The notes beneath the pieces were generated by a model that ran no database searches, was not told the DNA's origin, and was given only the letters and a program-made list of their open reading frames with translations. From positions 1 through 12,413 of the forward strand of contig CBFDTJ010000043.1 in assembly GCA_965612865.1 (NCBI GenBank): DNA of 12,413 bases, in the 5' to 3' direction. Of this stretch, positions 10,572 to 12,413 are shown in pieces; the first letter of the stretch is position 1, and every line of letters begins with the position of its first letter. Source of the DNA: an uncultured bacterium. GTDB taxonomy: Bacteria > Caldisericota > Caldisericia > B22-G15. The position numbers were made by a program, and so were the translations under genes.

Positions 10572-10646
10572 TGGTGGGCGAAACAGGATTCGAACCTGTG
10601 ACCCCTTGCTTGTGAAGCAAGTGCTCTACCACTGAGCCATTCGCCC
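10572..10646 (-). tRNA. tRNA-Val(CAC)
   Basis: GGGCGAA TG GCTC AGTGGTA GAGC A CTTGC TT-CAC-AA GCAAG GGGTC ACAGG TTCGAAT CCTGT TTCGCCC A CCA. 75 nt, A discriminator. Confidence 0.97.
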
Positions 10647-10655
10647 TGCTATATT

Positions 10656-10683
10656 ATTCTAATAAAAAATTACCTTTTGTCAA
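10656..10683 (-). promoter_or_regulatory. Sigma70/sigmaA-type promoter of the tRNA cluster
   Basis: Perfect -35 TTGACA (10683-10678), 16-bp spacer and -10 TAGAAT (10661-10656), ending 9 nt before the tRNA-Val 5' end. A 16-bp spacer is typical of stable-RNA promoters. Confidence 0.8.
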
Positions 10684-10779
10684 GTAATTGTATAAGTCCA
10701 CAACATACCCACCAAATCCAAACTCATATATATGCATTATTTTTGCTAAGTATTTCAATGCGATTCTGAGGCTTTTCAT

Positions 10780-11304
10780 TCAGTTTTTGACCTTCTTTTC
10801 GAGCTCTTTTATAAACTTTTCCTCATCCTTTGGATCTGGAGTTACTCCATACTTCCTCTTCTTCGTTTTAATAAGTAAAACATTGCTTCCTGCACTTGTT
10901 GCATACATTCTAACCATACCTTCATCTGAATAGTAAACATTTCCCAAAGAAAAACCGGGAAATCTCTTACTCGCCAAAGGATTAAAGACAAGATTTTTCT
11001 TCTCCCAACTCTCTATATCCTCATACTTAATTACATCATGGTACCCTCCGCATATAAGGTGTAGTCCATCTTCTCTAAATTCATACCTCATTGATCTGTA
11101 AATCACAAGAAGGTATCCGAATATAATCATGATTATAACCATTAAAAGAGCAGTGACTATTAATCCTGATAGTCCTTTAAGATTTTGATATTTAAAAATT
11201 GGATAAATAGTGAATATAAATAATATTAATGCACCAATCTCTATTCCAATGAGAGTTGCATAAGCCCAAATGCTAAACTTTGGATAGAATACAATTTCTT
11301 CCAT
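10780..11304 (-). CDS. Membrane-anchored bacterial PH-domain protein (bPH_5-like)
   Basis: Two N-terminal hydrophobic helices, then YEFREDGLHL...IKYEDIESW...RFPGFSLGN...VRMYAT...VLLIKTKKRKYGVTP...EKFIKEL, the pattern of bacterial PH-domain membrane proteins. ATG 11304 lies 5 nt after AGGAGG; the ORF track used GTG 11310. Confidence 0.75.
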   Translation of the reverse strand: MEEIVFYPKFSIWAYATLIGIEIGALILFIFTIYPIFKYQNLKGLSGLIVTALLMVIIMIIFGYLLVIYRSMRYEFREDGLHLICGGYHDVIKYEDIESWEKKNLVFNPLASKRFPGFSLGNVYYSDEGMVRMYATSAGSNVLLIKTKKRKYGVTPDPKDEEKFIKELEKKVKN

Positions 11305-11320
11305 CCACACCTCCTATTAA

Positions 11321-11995
11321 TTAAAGGATGTAAGGAAGGAAGATAGAGAAAATGACCCAGACAGAAGTTATCACGATAAACATTATAATAGATCTTGAAA
11401 ACTCCTTTGTCCTTTTCTCTTTATCCACTATCTTAAGGATTCTATAAAAGATAAAGGAGAAAGCTAAACCAATAACTACAAATCCGATACCTCCCACTGT
11501 ATTTACTTTTCTCCACAGAATTGGGTTGTTAAGCGTTCTTGAAGTTCTTATTCCTATAAAACTATTTTGTGGAATAAATGGCATGATTGCTCCTGTAATT
11601 AAAGTTGCCAATGAAATTACTAAAATTAAGATGATGAGAGGATTTGTTATTGTAAATGTTTTAGAAACGCCTTTCCTTTCTCTTGCCACTTTTTTAGAGT
11701 AGATTATACTTATAATCAATCCTATTCCTATAGCAGCAAGGAAAAACGCTGGATAAAATTTGAACCATAACCTGAATTTTAGAAGATATGAAACTATTGA
11801 CATAAAAATAAGGAATCCGCCCACTATTAGAAAAATAAAACCTGCAAACCTATTTGATTTTTTCCACACTACCTCATCTGAGAGTGTTTCCTCTGTTCTA
11901 AAACCAACAAAGAAATTCTTTTTAACAAAGAACATAAGAGGTGAGAGTGAGGTTATTATTATTGCTGGAATTAAACAGGCAATCAAATCTTTCAT
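11321..11995 (-). CDS. SdpI/YhfL-family immunity membrane protein with two tandem SdpI motifs
   Basis: Two copies of the N-x3-G-[FI]-R-T-x2-T-L-x5-W-x-K-x-N-x3-G signature, separated by hydrophobic helices. ATG 11995 lies 5 nt after GGAGG; an alternative GTG at 12007 overlaps the upstream stop. Confidence 0.82.
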   Translation of the reverse strand: MKDLIACLIPAIIITSLSPLMFFVKKNFFVGFRTEETLSDEVVWKKSNRFAGFIFLIVGGFLIFMSIVSYLLKFRLWFKFYPAFFLAAIGIGLIISIIYSKKVARERKGVSKTFTITNPLIILILVISLATLITGAIMPFIPQNSFIGIRTSRTLNNPILWRKVNTVGGIGFVVIGLAFSFIFYRILKIVDKEKRTKEFSRSIIMFIVITSVWVIFSIFLPYIL

Positions 11996-12006
11996 TTTTC
12001 CCTCCA

Positions 12007-12201
12007 CTAAGGTGTGTTAGAGTATTGATAAGCAGAGTTTGCTAAATGTAAGTAACTTACACTTTCTACAGCTATAGCTCCAGCAGCTACATATAACGTA
12101 CTCACCAGAAATATCGCTACAACTACAATAGGTACAACACTCTTTGGATCTGCTTCTCCACCACCTACAGGTTCAATTGTTGGAGATTCATATCTCTCCA
12201 T
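12007..12201 (-). CDS. 64-aa hydrophobic peptide, putative bacteriocin/RiPP precursor
   Basis: Strong SD (AGGAGG, 5 nt before ATG). Acidic leader MERYESPTIEPVGG followed by a long Val/Ile/Ala-rich segment. Its stop abuts the SdpI-like gene. Confidence 0.7.
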   Translation of the reverse strand: MERYESPTIEPVGGGEADPKSVVPIVVVAIFLVSTLYVAAGAIAVESVSYLHLANSAYQYSNTP

Positions 12202-12210
12202 TCACACCTC

Positions 12211-12411
12211 CTAAAATATATAAGCAAAATTAGTTAAATGTATAGAAACTACCAACAAAAGAATCTTTATTAGTGTATTTGAAATTATAAATAATGCAGA
12301 ATTTAATAAATATAAGAAGTATAAAGAGAACACAGGATGGATAAGAAAGGGCAAAGATGAAAATCTTGGTTTAAATATTAACTTTTCTGATTTTGTAATG
12401 CAAACTTTTTT
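12211..12411 (-). CDS. Possible 3' fragment of a hydrophobic protein running off the window edge
   Basis: 66 sense codons open to the edge in very AT-rich DNA (KKVCITKSEKLIFKPRFSSLPFLIHPVFSLYFLYLLNSALFIISNTLIKILLLVVSIHLTNFAYIF*). Its TAG overlaps the SD of the 64-aa gene. It could instead be intergenic DNA. Confidence 0.35.
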   Translation of the reverse strand, partial: KKVCITKSEKLIFKPRFSSLPFLIHPVFSLYFLYLLNSALFIISNTLIKILLLVVSIHLTNFAYIF

Positions 12412-12413
12412 AC

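Noticed and set aside
10307..10646. Repeated GCTCAG..GGTAGAGCA and GGTTCGAATCC segments as a repeat or CRISPR array
   Set aside because: They are the conserved D- and T-arm sequences of the four tRNAs.
12007..12201. Lasso peptide, lanthipeptide or sactipeptide assignment
   Set aside because: There is no Thr at the lasso -2 position, no suitably placed ring Asp/Glu and no Cys, and no cyclase or peptidase genes lie in the window.
12375..12403. Possible promoter TTGCAT-N17-TAATAT on the minus strand upstream of the peptide gene
   Set aside because: It is a weak consensus match in very AT-rich DNA and lies inside an open frame, so it cannot be supported without TSS data.
10307..12413. tRNA-targeted integrative element (att site, integrase)
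   Set aside because: I saw no integrase and no duplicated tRNA 3' end, and the accessory genes lie upstream of the tRNA promoter rather than at a tRNA 3' end.

Overview
A low-GC bacterial contig end in which every supported gene is on the minus strand. Bases 1-69 are not genomic: they are an untrimmed Illumina Nextera adapter (P5 + i5 index CTAAGCCT + Read1/mosaic end) that truncates murA. In transcription order (right to left) the window has three parts. (1) A small accessory module: a 64-aa hydrophobic peptide with a RiPP-like YxxPxI...GG leader, a membrane protein with two tandem SdpI-type immunity motifs, and a membrane-anchored bacterial PH-domain protein. (2) A sigma70-type promoter driving four tRNAs (Val-CAC, Asp-GTC, Gly-GCC, Thr-CGT). 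(3) A tightly packed housekeeping run: K+-dependent, probably Na+-pumping membrane pyrophosphatase (hppA), rho, tdk, an unannotated ~160-codon frame with no standard start codon, prfA, prmC, upp, a wecA/tagO-like gene, wecB and truncated murA. The best novelty candidates are the peptide/double-SdpI/PH-domain module (a putative bacteriocin or RiPP toxin-immunity system) and the start-less, methyltransferase-like frame between tdk and prfA. All family assignments come from reading motifs by eye, not from database searches.
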